A DNA stretch of 64,000 bases, taken from Mobula hypostoma. Lineage: Eukaryota. Position numbers and translations under genes: made by a program. Where the stretch lies: positions 66,156,001 to 66,220,000 of the forward strand of contig NC_086108.1 in the NCBI RefSeq assembly GCF_963921235.1. Direction: 5' to 3'. Below are positions 1 to 12,008 of the stretch, one piece after another. The notes beneath the pieces are model-generated. The model was given only the letters and a program-made list of their open reading frames with translations, was not told the DNA's origin and searched no databases. Each line of letters opens with the position of its first letter. The first letter of the stretch is position 1.

Positions 1-680
1 GTTCATTGACAATTGAGAAGCTGGGTGGTTTGATTTTTTTCAGAAAACATGAATAGTGTAATTAAAAAAATCATTACCTGCTGTGTTTTTCCAGTGTTTC
101 CTTTTGCACATAAGGTTAGTTCTTTTCCCTGGATACAGTTCTTCACTGATGTTATGGCTTTGTACAGCCCGTGCTCAGAAAAATCTAGCTATTGCCATCT
201 GTACAAATATCTAATTAACACAGCAGTTGATATACAGTACGTCAAAACAGATAGAAGTTATTGTATACTCCACATCCTTATATAAAAGCACTTGGATTTA
301 CCTCCCATCCTGAATTGAAAATATATTCCAGTCCCTGCATTATTTCTGGGCCCACATTTCCTGGAACTCCCTACCCAAATGCAACATGGCAATGCCTTCG
401 CTAGAAAGACTGTAATGGCTCAAGAAAGGAAAGCACAGATAAGCAATAAATGGTGGGTTGGATTGATGTCCACGTTCCATAAATTAATATATAAAAAAAA
501 ACACCTTTCATAAGCTAGAGCAGCCCATAGAGGATCATACCCAATGTACTTTTGAAATGCTGGTAATGTAATGTCAAAATGAAAGTAAAATTTATTATCA
601 AAGTATGTATATATATATCTATATACTACATTGAGATCCTTTCTCTTGCAGTCATTTACAGAAAGATAAAGAAATACAAT

Positions 681-2017
681 AACCATATAACCATATAACA
701 ATTACAGCACGGAAACAGGCCATCTCAACCCTTTTAGTCCATGCTGAACTCTTACTCTCATCTAGTTCCACCGACCTGCACTCAGCCCATAACTCTCCAT
801 TCCTTTCCTGTCCATATAGTTGTCCAATTTAACTTTAAATGACAACATCGAACCTGCCTCAACCACTTCTGCTGGAAGCTCGTTCCACACAGCTACCACT
901 CTCTGAGTGAAGAAGTTCCCCCTCATGTTACCCCTAAACTTTTGCCCTTTAACTCTCAACTCATGTCCTCTTGTTTGAATCTCCCCCACTCTCAATGGAA
1001 AAAGCCTATCCACATCAACTCTATCAATCCCCCTTATAATTTCAAACACCTCTATCAAGTCCCCCCTCAACCTTCTATGCTCCAGAGAATAAAGACCTAA
1101 CTTGTTCAACCTTTCTCTGTAACTTAGGAGATGAAACCCAGGCAACATTTTAGTAAACCTCCTCTGTATTCTCTCAATTTTATTGACATCTTTCCTATAA
1201 TTTGGTGACCAGAACTGTACACAATACTCCAAATTTGGCCTTACCAATGCCTTAGACAATTTCAACATTACATCCCAACTCCTATACTCAATGTTCTGAT
1301 TAATAAAGGCCAGTAGGCCGAAAGCTTTCTTCACCGCCCTATCCACATGAGATTCCACCTTCAGGGAACTATGCACCATTATTCCTAGATCCCTCTGTTC
1401 TACAGCATTCTTCAATGCCCTACCATTTACCATGTATGTCCTATTTTGATTAGTCCTGCCAAAATGTAGCACCTCACATTTTTCAGCATTAAACTCCATC
1501 TGCCATCTTTCAGCCCACTCTTCTAACTGGCTTAAATCTCTCTGCAAGCTTTGAAAACCTACTTCATTATCCACAGCGCCACCTATCTTAGTGTCATCTG
1601 CATATTTACTAATCCAATTTACCACCCCATCATCCAGATCATTAATATATATGACAAACAACATTGGACCCAGTACAGATCCCTGAGGCACACCGCTACA
1701 CACCGTCCTCCAATCTGACACACAGTTATCCACCACTACTCTCTGGCGTCTCCCATCTAGCCACTGCTGAATCCATTTTACTACTTCGGTATTAATGCCT
1801 AACGATTGAATCTTCTTAACTAAGCTTCCGTGTGGAATCTTGTCAAAGGCTTTACTGAAGTCCATATAGACAACATCCACCGGTTTACCTTCGTCAACTT
1901 TCTTAGTAACCTCATCAAAAAATTCAATAAGATTTGTCAAACATGACCTTCCACGCACAAATCCATGTTGACTGTTCTTAATCAGACCCTGTCTATCCAG
2001 ATAATTATATATACCAT
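681..2017 (-). mobile_element. Young 5'-truncated CR1-clade LINE (RT region plus 3' UTR)
   Basis: RT motifs SQHGF, YMDFSKAFD, GVPQGSVLGP, YADD and the CR1 C-terminal RGHELRV..FFTQRVV..WN.LP. The 3' end is a TTATATGG-type tandem tail at about 681-698. Confidence 0.95.
762..2017 (-). pseudogene. CR1 ORF2 reverse transcriptase, C-terminal about 418 codons with no stop or frameshift
   Basis: This is the part of ORF 762..2255 from GIYNYLDRQGLIKNSQHGF to the stop. The N-terminal part of that ORF is unrelated flanking DNA. Confidence 0.9.
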
Positions 2018-2063
2018 ATGATTTATGAAAATCTATAATTAAACAAAGATTGATAAACGACCA

Positions 2064-2498
2064 ACACACATCAAACTTGCTGGTGAACGCAGCAGGCCAA
2101 GCAGCATCTGTAGGAAGAGGTGCAGTCGACGTTTCAGGCTGAGACCCTTTGTCAGGACTAACTGAAGGAAGAGTGAGTAAGAGATTTGAAAGTTGGAGGG
2201 GGAGGGGGAGATCCAAAATGATAGGAGAAGACAGGAGGGGGAGGGATAGAGCCAAGAGCTGGACAGGTGATAGGCAAAAGGGGATACGAGAGGATCATGG
2301 GACAGGAGGTCCGGGAAGAAAGACAAGGGGGGGGGTCCCAGAGGATGGGCAAGAGGTATATTCAGAGGGACAGAGGGAGAAAAAAGAGAGTGAGAGAAAG
2401 AATGTGTGCATAAAAATAAGTAACAGATGGGGTACGAGGGGGAGGTGGGGCCTTAGTGGAAGTTAGAGAAGTCGATGTTCATGCCATCGGGTTGGAGG
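2064..2498 (-). mobile_element. Penelope-like element 3' end / pseudo-LTR
   Basis: Close reverse complement of about 6345-6785. Includes the end of the GIY-YIG region (..QPDGMNIDFSNF), a pyrimidine-rich tract and a hammerhead motif. It interrupts the host sequence GACCA|ATGTGC. Confidence 0.8.
2124..2159 (-). ncRNA. Minimal hammerhead ribozyme of Penelope pLTR, probably inactive (G8 to A)
   Basis: Minus strand reads AGUC CUGACAA A GGG UCUCAG CCU GAA ACGU C GACU. Stem I AGUC/GACU is intact, but the core reads CUGACAA instead of CUGANGA. Confidence 0.7.
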
Positions 2499-2649
2499 CA
2501 ATGTGCAAAAGCAGAAAAATAATGCAAATAAAAAATATACTGATAACATGAGTTTCAGAGTCCTTGAAAGTGAGTCCATAGGTTGTAGAATCAATTCAAA
2601 ACTATGATGAGCAGAGTTATCCACACCTGTTTCTGGTGCTAGTGGTGTT

Positions 2650-3435
2650 TGAATTGAATTGAATTGACTTTATTACTTACATCCTTCACATACATGAGGA
2701 GTAAAATTCTTTACGTCTCTGTTTAAATGTGCAATGTGCAATTTATAGTAATTTATAATAAGTAGTATGTACAACAGGACAGACAATATAACATAGAAAT
2801 ACAGTAGTATCAGAATGGGATAAGCAGTCTGATGGCCTGGTGGAAGAAGCTGTCCCGGAGCCTGTTGGTCCTGGCTTTTATGCTGCGGTACTGTTTCCCA
2901 GATGGCAGCAGCTGGAACAGTTTGTGGTTGGGATGACTCAGGTCCCCAATGTTCCTTTGGCCCCTTTTTACACACCTGTCTTTGTAAGTGTCCTGAATAG
3001 TGGAAAGTTCACATCTACAGATGTGCTGGGCTGTCCGCACCACTCTCTGCAGAGCCCTGCGGTTGAGGGAAGTACAGTCCCCATACCAGGCAGTAATACT
3101 GCCAGTCAGGATGTTCTCAATTGTGCCCGTGTAGAAAGTTCTTAGGATTTTGGGGCCCATGCCAAACTTCTTCAACTGTCTGGGGTGAAAGAGGCACTGT
3201 TGTGCTTTTCTCACCACCTAGCCGGTTTGTACAGACCATGTGAGATCCTCGGTGATGTATATGCTGAGGAACTTACAGCTGTTCACCCCCTCAACTTCAG
3301 ATCCATTGATGCCAATAGGGGTTAGCCTGTCTCCATTCCTCCTGCAGTCCACAACCAGCTCCTTTGTTTTTGCGACATTGGGGGAGAGGTTGTTTTCTTG
3401 ACACCACTGTGTCAGGGTGATGACTTCTTCCTGCA
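2650..3435 (-). mobile_element. Rex1/Babar-type LINE 3' fragment (RT C-terminus and DUF1891-like region)
   Basis: ORFs 3218..3685 (WCQENNLSPNVAKTKELVVD) and 2810..3217 (KAQQCLFHPRQLKKFG..ILTGSITAWYG). (TTCAA)n tail at about 2650-2667. Confidence 0.85.
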
Positions 3436-3747
3436 GGCTGCCTGAGGACCGAGGGCTTCTGTACCCCTTGCCTGATGGTAGTAGTAAGGAGAGAGCATGG
3501 CCTGGATGGTGGGGATCCTTGATAGTGGATGCTGCTTTGTTGTGGCAGTGCTCCATGTAGATGTGCTCAATGCTTTTCCTGTGATGGACAGGGCTGTATC
3601 CTTCATGTAAGGTAAGAAACATGGCAGCGAATTCATAGTTTAACAATAAAACATTAAACAACAAACGATAATGACTAACTGACATTGTCCGATGGTATAA
3701 GTTGAAGTTTAAGTATTAACTGTGATACAAATTTGCCACTTTTTTTT

Positions 3748-4125
3748 GAATCAGACTCAGGTTTATTATCACCGGCAGTTGATGTGAAATTTGTTAACTT
3801 GGCAGCAGCAGTTCAAAGCAATACATAATCTAGCAGAGAGAAAAACAATAAAAATAATAATAACAAATAAACAAGTAAATCAATTACAGTATATGTATAT
3901 TGAATCAATTAAAAATATGTGCAAAAACAGAAATACTGTATATTAAAAAAGTGAGGTAGTGTCCAAAAATTCCATGTCCATTTAGGAATCAGGTGGCAGA
4001 GGGGAAGAATCTGTTCTTGAATTGCTGAGTGTGAGCCTTCAGGCTTCTGTACCTCCTGATGGTAACAGTGAGAAAAAGGCATGCCCTGGGTGCTGGAGGT
4101 CCTTAATAATGGATGCTGCCTTTCT
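3748..4125 (-). mobile_element. Rex/Babar-type LINE 3' UTR remnant
   Basis: Starts GAATCAGACTCAGGTTTATTATCACCGGC, the same family end as 10876-11250. Confidence 0.7.
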
Positions 4126-5162
4126 GTGAGAATTTCTGTGGGTTATTGTCGGCAATACCCGAGCAGGCAGGTGCAGAGTCAAATTTATCACTAATTTGAC
4201 AGATGGTACCTCTGACTGTACAACACATTTTCAGAAAAGCACTAGAACATTGGACTAAATTTAATAGAAATCCTCCCACCATATTTTGCCATGTAGTGAT
4301 GTACAATGAGCCTGAACCTAACTAAATTGATGTAGAAATGAAAGTTAAAGAAAAAAATATTGATGTTAATTAACTACCGTAACTTCAATTATGAAAAAGT
4401 AAAATTACCATGGTGACCATGGAGTTATTCTTTATCCAGTAACAGGATGTGTGCGTCCTCAGAAAGACCTGCATCTTTTCTCAATCATTAAACAGCCTTT
4501 AGGCTATTTTTGAGGTCAGTTAACAGCCAACCACATTGATGAGTTTGGAGTTACTGACAGTTCAAACAGGGTAAGGATAACATATTTCTTTGCTTGATAG
4601 ACATTTGTGAACCAGATGGGTTCTTATAACAATACCACAGTTTCATTGTCACTATCACCGACACTAGCTTTCTATGCCTGATTTTGTTTAATTACTTAAA
4701 TTTAAGTTTGGTGATACCATAATGAGATTCAATCTCATGTTGAATAATGCAGGTTTCAGGAGACCAGTCAATAATATACCTGTGATGATACCGTACTGTA
4801 TAATACCAGAAATAAGAAGTAAGCTATCATTAATATCACATCCTGGAGTTTGTCAGTCCTAAAGTTGGTCCTGAGGGAGTTGTTGAAACACAGTGACAAT
4901 TGGCTTTCATTTAAAGAACATATTCAGGAACTGTAACAGTTATACATTTCTGTCTGATGTTAAAATGAAAAGAAGTGGTCAATAAAATAAATGAAGGAAA
5001 CTGTTAGACCTATAGAGGAGTTAGATGAAATGTCAAACTTAAGGACTGTGAGTGTTTCAGATTTCAACAAAAAAGAACAAGCTATTGATGAAATCTAAAA
5101 TACTGATTCTGGTAGGACTAGCCAGACAATACTTCCCTTGACTCCATTATGATAGGTCACAG

Positions 5163-5163
<1 letters not shown>

Positions 5164-5224
<61 letters not shown>
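5164..5224. repeat. Compound microsatellite (TG)n(GA)n
   Basis: Read directly from the sequence. Confidence 0.98.
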
Positions 5225-6274
5225 CTTTCAACTTTGCATTCAGAAATTTAAGATAATCAAAATTTCTCACATTTTTATTTCTACTTTCAGCATCTACTGT
5301 ACATACCTTTGGTAATTTCAGTTAATTATTTGGCATTCACAATTGTACATTCCGTAACCCGTTACCACATCCTTGTGCTTTCAGTCCTTTTGTTATTTTA
5401 TATATTCTAGCTTTCACCCTTTTACAAATGTCTCCATTTGTTCCATTCTCCCACCTTATTCTTTCTCTGTAGCTTAGAACTTGTTTTATTTCTAGTTCTT
5501 ATTAAATGATTAGAAATACTAATTCCATTTCCCTTTCCACAGGTACTACCTGGCCTGCATGACCTCATATTTCCAGTCTACAATTATTTTGCCCTGGTAT
5601 TAATAACCAATATTTGGATCACCTGAGTGTGAATAGGGCAACAATGGAAGCAGTCATTCTGAATCCACCCAATGAGCAAGAAGTGGACACAGATAGTCCT
5701 TGATTTGGTATGTTCATTGGGAACTACAGCACTGTAGTTATGCCATTAACTGGTATAGTTACCAAATCTCAGTCAAGTGCTGTGGTCCATTTATTTTGAA
5801 AATGTTGTTAAGTGGAAAGTTATTGAAAATCCCTGAAGGTTTTTGCTTGGTTGAAAACTATTGCCATAATTATTCAGCAAATGAAAAACAACTTTGAAGT
5901 GTCATCTGGATGCTGCCTGATTTACAGTTATGTTTTTCTGGGAATACGTTTAGTGTTTATTCTGACCACAGTTAGTCTGCTTGCATTTGAATTGTGTTAG
6001 AAACAACCAGGTCATGTTTCCTAAAAGAAAATTATGACAGGTTTTAGCAGACAAGTATAACAGTACGTTGCAATCACAAGAAATGAGTAAAAATTAGAGC
6101 ACTATAATGACAAACATACAACATTATCACCGAAGGGTTAGCCTGATATGGGCTCCTTTTATCTCAATCTGAGTATGTTGTGGATTATAACCTACCTCGC
6201 TCAGTTATGGGACTTTTCCAGGATTTTCCTTACTAAAAATGGAAAATTTTGGTAAAGTGATTTATTATTGTCAC

Positions 6275-6787
6275 GGCCTCCTCTACTGTAAAGATGAAGC
6301 CCCACTCAGGTTGGAGGAACAACACCTTATATTCCGTCTGGGTAGCCTCTAACCTGATGGCATGAACATTGAATTCTCTAACTTCCGCTAATGCCCCACC
6401 TCCCCCTCGTACCCCATCCGTTATTTATTTATATACACACATTCTTTCTCTCTCTCTCCTTTTTCTTCCTCTGTCCCTCTGACTATACCCCTTGCCCATC
6501 CTCTGGGTTCTCCCCCCCCCCCCGCCGTCTTTCTCCCTGGGCCTCCTGTCCCATGATTCTCTCATATCCCTTTTGCCAATCACCTGTCCAGCTCTTGGCT
6601 CTATCCCTCCCCCTCCTGTCTTCTCCTATCATTTTGGATACCCCCTCTCCCTCCCACTTTCAAATCTCTTACTAACTCTTCCTTCAGATAATCCTGACGA
6701 AGGGTCTCAGCCTGAAACGTTGACTGTACCTCTTCCTAGAGATGCTTCCTGGCCTGCTGCGTCACCAGCAACTTTGATGTGTGTTGC
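6275..6787 (+). mobile_element. Penelope-like element 3' end with 12-bp target-site duplication
   Basis: TATTATTGTCAC at 6263-6274 and 6788-6799. Encodes the GIY-YIG C-terminus (..LRLEEQHLIFRLGSL*PDGMNIEFSNFR) and carries a hammerhead motif. Confidence 0.88.
6690..6725 (+). ncRNA. Minimal type I hammerhead ribozyme of Penelope pLTR (core intact)
   Basis: AAUC CUGACGA A GGG UCUCAG CCU GAA ACGU U GACU: core CUGANGA..GAAA..UH, palindromic ACGU stem III, one mismatch in stem I. Confidence 0.75.
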
Positions 6788-7261
6788 TATTATTGTCACA
6801 TGTTCTGAGGTACAGTGAGAAAATGGTCCTGCATACCATCCATATAGATCAATTCATTACAAATGTGTGCTGAGGTAGTGCAGAATAAAGTGTTACAGTA
6901 CAAAGTGCAGCGCAGGTAGACAGTATAATGCAAGGTCACAGTGATGTTAAGTCCATCTTATCATGCTAGGGAAACATTCAAAAGTGTTATAATAGCAGGA
7001 TAGAAGGTGCCATTGAGGCTGGTGGTACAGGCTTTCAGGCTTTTGTATCTGCTGCCCATTGGGAGAGGGGGAAGAGAGAATATATGGGGAGGGTGAGATC
7101 TTTGATTATGCTTAGTGCTTTACTGAGGCAGTGAGAAGTGCACACAGAGTCCATACTGGGGAGGGTGATTCCTGTGATGTGCAGAGCTCTGTCCACACCA
7201 TTCCTGCAAGCATGGACAGAGCAATTGCCATACCAAGTCATGATGCATCTGGTTCATGATG

Positions 7262-8225
7262 CAACTGGGGCTCCACAGGGGACTGTCTTGTCTCCCTTTC
7301 TCTTCACCATTTACACATCGGACTTCAACTACTGCACAGAGTCTTGTCATATTCAGAAGTTTTCGGATGACTCTGCCATAGTTGGATGCATCAGCAAGGG
7401 AGATGAGGCTGAGTACAGGGCTACGGTAGAAAACTTTGTCACATGGTGTGAGCAGAATTATCTGCAGCTTAATGTGAAAAAGACTAAGGAGCTGGTGGTA
7501 GACCTGAGGAGAGCTAAGGTACCGGTGACCCCTGTTTCCATCCAGGGGTCAGTGTGGACATGGTGGAGGATTACAAATACCTGGGGATATGAATTGACAA
7601 TAAACTGGACTGGTCAAAGAACACTGAAGCTGTCTACAAGAAGGGACAGAGCCGTCTCTATTCCTGAGGAGACTGAGGTCCTTTATCATCTGCCGGACGA
7701 TGCTGAGGATGTTCTACGAGTCTGTGGTGGCCAGTGCTATCATGTTTGCTGTTGTGTGCTGGGGCAGCAGACTGAGGGTAGCAGAAACCAACAGAATCAA
7801 CAAACTCATTCGTAAGGCCAGTGATGTTGTGGGGATGGAACTGGACTCTCTCACAGTGATGTCTGAAAAGAGGATGCCGTCTAAGTTGCATGCCATCTTG
7901 GTCAATGTCTCCCATCCACTACATAATGTACTGGGTGGGCACAGAAGGACATTCAGCTAGAGACTCATTCCACCGAGATGCAGCACAGAGCGTCATAGGA
8001 AGTCATTCCTGCCTGTGGCCATCAAACTTTACAACTCCTCCCTCGGAGGGTCAGACACCCCGAGCCAATAGGCTGGTCCTGGACTTATTTCATAATTTAC
8101 TGGCATAATTTACATATTACTATCTAACTATTTATGGTTCTATTACTATTTATTATTTGTGGTGCAACTGTAACAAAAAACAATTTCCCCCGGTATCAAT
8201 GAAGTATGACTATGACTATGACTAT
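7262..8225 (+). mobile_element. Rex1-type LINE, 5'-truncated, with (TATGAC)n tail
   Basis: GAPQGTVLSPFLFTIYTSD, KFSDDSAIVG, LQLNVKKTKELVVD, MLRMFYESVVASAIMFAVVCWG. Tail at about 8205-8225. Confidence 0.9.
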
Positions 8226-10875
8226 AAATATGTTACCATGCTGTCTATGGTGCATCAATAAAAATTGGTGAGGATTAAAGGGTGCATGCCAAATTGTTAT
8301 ACAGTCTCCCGAGGAAGTAGAAGCACTAAAGGGCTTTCTTGGCCAGGGTGTCAATGTGATTGGACCAGAACAGGCTATTGGTGTTGTTCACTCCTATGAT
8401 CTTGAAAAGCTCAGGCCTCTTTACATCAGCACTGTTGATGTAAGTAGGAGCATGTGCATCATCCCCATTCTTGCAGTCAATGACCAGCCCTTTTGCTGAC
8501 ATTGAGGGAAATGTTGACTCGACAAAATGCCACTCAGGACTCTATCTCCTTCCTTTACTCTTGACTCACCATTATTTGTGATACGGCTCACTATGGTGGT
8601 GTCACCTGCAAATTGATTTATGGAACCTTGTGAGCGAGTGTTGAGAAAAGTCTTGGCAGAGATGTTATTGCATATCCTTACTGCTTGCAGTTTGTTGGTC
8701 ATGAAATCAAGAACCCAGTTGCAAAGGGACAGGATGTTTCTTAGGTTTAGGAGTTTGGAGATGAATTTACTTGGAATTATTTTATTGGAGGCAGAGCTGT
8801 AGTCAGTAAGCAATAGTTTAACATAGGCTGCTTTACTTCAGGGATGAGTATAGGGCTAGTGGCCTCTACTGTAGTCCTGTTTTGGCAGTAGATGAATTGT
8901 GCTGGGTCAAGATTATATTGTACGCAGGAATTAATGTGTGCCATGATCTGCCTCTTGAAGTATTTCATGATGGCAATTGTCAGAGCCAACAGGCTGTAAG
9001 TAATAAGGCACGCTACCTTGTTTATCTTAGGTACTGGGGTAATAGTAGTCTTCTTAAAGCAAGTGGGAACCTTAGATTGAAGCAGAGAGAGGTTAAAAAT
9101 GTCTGCAAGTACCCTCATCAGCTGATCTGTGGAGAATCTAAGTACAGGGCCAGGGACAACATAAATACTATAACCAGTCCTGCCCTGAGCCAGTGTTCTG
9201 ACATAGAAACAAAATCCACTCACTTCATTTTATGGACTGGTCTAGAATATTTATTAAATTGGCTGGGATTTGAGAATTTAAAAGATAGTAAGAAAGTTGT
9301 TTAGCCAAGGCTTTTTTTAAAAGTGCTGTAGTTCTTATCTTAAAGGGAGTGTCTCTGAAGCTTTTAGAGAGAACATTAGGCCAACAGTGTTATGTGGATA
9401 GTGGGGAAAAATACAGTTACATACAAGGATGTTATTTTCATCATAGTTCATGCATCATGCATCAGCCTTTCTTATGTGTTGTTTTCTTATTTTCAGATAG
9501 AGAAGCAAAAGCAACTACTGAAAAGTTCAGAAGCAAATTACAGCAGAAGCTAAAAATCTGACAGAAAGAAAATGCTGAAGAACATAAGAAAACGATAAAA
9601 TAGAAGCAGATGAAGGCCATTTGGCCTCTTGTGCTGCCTCTCGTAAGGTCATGTACCTTGGCATCATTTTCCTGCAGCTGTCCTTTGATTCCCTTAATAT
9701 CCTAAGATCTATCAACCACTATCTTGAATACACCCAGCAAGTTGGTTTCCACAGCCCCTTGGGTGGTGAATTCCAAAGATGCCTTGGGCAAACAATTTTC
9801 TGCATCTCTGAAGTTAAAGGTTGGCCACTAATATTGTGAATGTGAAGGGCACTCAATCGATTAGGCAGTGTCTGATAAAGAGAAGCAAAATCAATGTTGC
9901 TCAGGACTGTAAAATCAAAATTGCTGGCATTTCGTGATTGAAAAAATCCAACAGTTAAAGTTTAGTTGAAGTTTTATGCTGCCATTCTCTAAATTGAAAG
10001 ACATAATGACAAGTAATAAAGCAGAAAGAAGAATTTACTCTGCTCAACCTTTGGACATACTTTGAAGTTACCTCATATTTTGAACTATGAAGCAAATATT
10101 GTCTGTGGCAAGAAATTGAAATGTTCATACTGTAGTGAAGTACAAAGAAAGCATAATTTTGAACTAAAGTATGGCTTGGTTTAATTCTTATACATGGAAT
10201 GACAAGCTACTTTTATGAATGTAGTGTTTTAATTCAACATTTGCAATTCATTGATATCTGAACTAAGTGCTTGATTGAAGAAGGGAAAATTATGAAAATC
10301 AAATATACCATCTCAGTGGGATTAGCTTGAGTAAATTTGTTCTTCCTAAGTTATTGTCCATTCAGGTGATGATTTTATCTTGCTGTCATTTGAAAAAATC
10401 GAGCAAAGTGACAAAAACAATAATAAACATGCTGATGTTAAAGGAAAAGAAAGCATTTTTTAAAATTTCTGATCAATGGCATAGCCTATGATGATATCCT
10501 CCAAAAATTATTGAAACTATAGAACAGTAATCTGTCAAATTCCAAATTCACAATCACATATTTTTCATTTACTTTAAATTCTATGTTCTATTCATTCTGT
10601 TTACTCACATCATATACCAACAATGTCTTGTGCATTGTGTTAATTCATTCCATTTCTTTATTGTTCTTTGATCTAACAATGCTAACAAAGTACCCATCTG
10701 AAACTGCTCTGAGAAATTACCAGTAGGACTTCTTCTACTGCCTGTACTAATTGTGATGACATATTAGGTAAAGAAAACAAGAAATTGGACTAAAGAATAA
10801 TGAAAAAATGGCTATAAACATTTAACTAGGGATAGCTTGTGAATTGTGAGAGGTTGGGAAATCATGTGCTCCCTT

Positions 10876-12008
10876 CAGAATCAGAATCAGGTTTAATGTC
10901 ACTGGCATATTTTGTGAAATTTGTTGTTTTGCAGCAGCAATGCATTACAATATACAATAATAATAATAAAAGCTATAAGTTACAATAAGAAGTATATATT
11001 AAAAATTAAATTCAGTTAGTGCAAAAAGAGAGCAAAAATAAAATAGTGAGGTAGTGTTCATGAGTTCATAATCCATTCAGAAATCTGATGGTGGACGGGA
11101 CAAAGCTGTTCCTGAAACACTCAGTGTGTGTCTTCAGGATTCTGTACCTCCTCCTTGATGGTAGCAATGAGAAGAGGACATGTGCTACATGATGGAGGTG
11201 CTTAATGATGGGTGCCAGCTTTTTGAGGGATCGCCATTTGAAGGAGTCTTCAATACCAGGGAGGCTAGAGTCCATGTTGGAGCTGGCTGATTTTACAACT
11301 TTCTGCAGCTTTTTCTGATACTGTGTAGTGGTCCTTCCACACCAAACAGTGATGCAACTGGTTACAATGCTCCCCATGATGCATCTGTAGAAATTTGCGA
11401 GTGTCCTGGGTGACATACCAAGATGCTATCATGCCTTCTTTGTAATTGCATCAGTATGTTGTGTTCAGTATAGATCTTCAGAGATGCTGACACTGAGGAA
11501 CTTGAAACTGCTCACCATTTCCACTACTCATCCCTCAATGAGGGTTGGTGTGGTTCCTTTGACTTCCCCTTCCTGATATCCACAATCAATTCCTTCATCT
11601 TACTGACACTGAGTGCAAGGTTGTTGCTGTGACTTCACTCAACCAGCTGATCTATCTCACTCCTGTACACCTCCATGTCACCATCTGAAATTCTACCAAC
11701 AACAGTTGAGGCTTCGGTAAATTTATAGATGGCATTTGAGCTGTGCCTGTCCACACAGTCATGGGTGTTGAGAAAGTAGAACAGTAGGCTAAGCACATAT
11801 CCTTGAGGTGTGCCAGTGTTGATTGTCAGTGAGGAGGAGTGTTAATTCCGATCCACACAGACCATGGTCTCCCGGTGAGGAGGTGAAGGACCCAGTTGTA
11901 CAGAGGCCCAGGTTTTGGAGCGTGTTGACTAGAACTGAGGATAAGATTGTGTTGAACACTGAACTATAATCAATACACAGCAGCCTGATGTAGGTACTAC
12001 TATTGTCC
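10876..12008 (-). mobile_element. Rex1/Babar-type LINE 3' fragment
   Basis: ORF 11066..11416 (NFYRCIMGSIVTSCITVW..LLPSRRRYR..FRNSFVPSTIRFLN). (TCTGAT)n-type tail at 10876-10890. Upstream degenerate STGTPQG RT motif. Confidence 0.85.

Larger units (their letters stand above)
572..3610 (-). mobile_element. Old Rex1/Babar-type LINE 3' fragment, split by three younger insertions (CR1, Penelope-like, Rex/Babar)
   Basis: The pieces 572-680, 2018-2063, 2499-2648 and about 3436-3610 join into one sequence collinear with the copy at 58103-58582. The minus frame reads KAASTIKDPHHPGHALSLLLPSGKGYRS, typical of the C-terminus of this LINE group. Confidence 0.65.
6255..9200 (-). mobile_element. Old Rex1/Babar-type LINE, interrupted by a Penelope-like element and a Rex1-type element
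   Basis: Degenerate RT pieces: ADIFNLSLLQSKVPTCFKKTTITPVPK (8777..9223), DYSSASNKIIPSK..LCNWVLDF (8421..8813) and MTWYGNCS (7035..7241). Confidence 0.75.

Noticed and set aside
762..2255. 497-aa ORF as a novel RT fusion protein
   Set aside because: It starts at TTG in a Penelope pyrimidine tract and crosses two insertion junctions. It is a chance read-through into a truncated CR1 RT.
7138..7815. 225-aa ORF as a gene
   Set aside because: It is antisense old LINE sequence fused to a frameshifted Rex1 RT.
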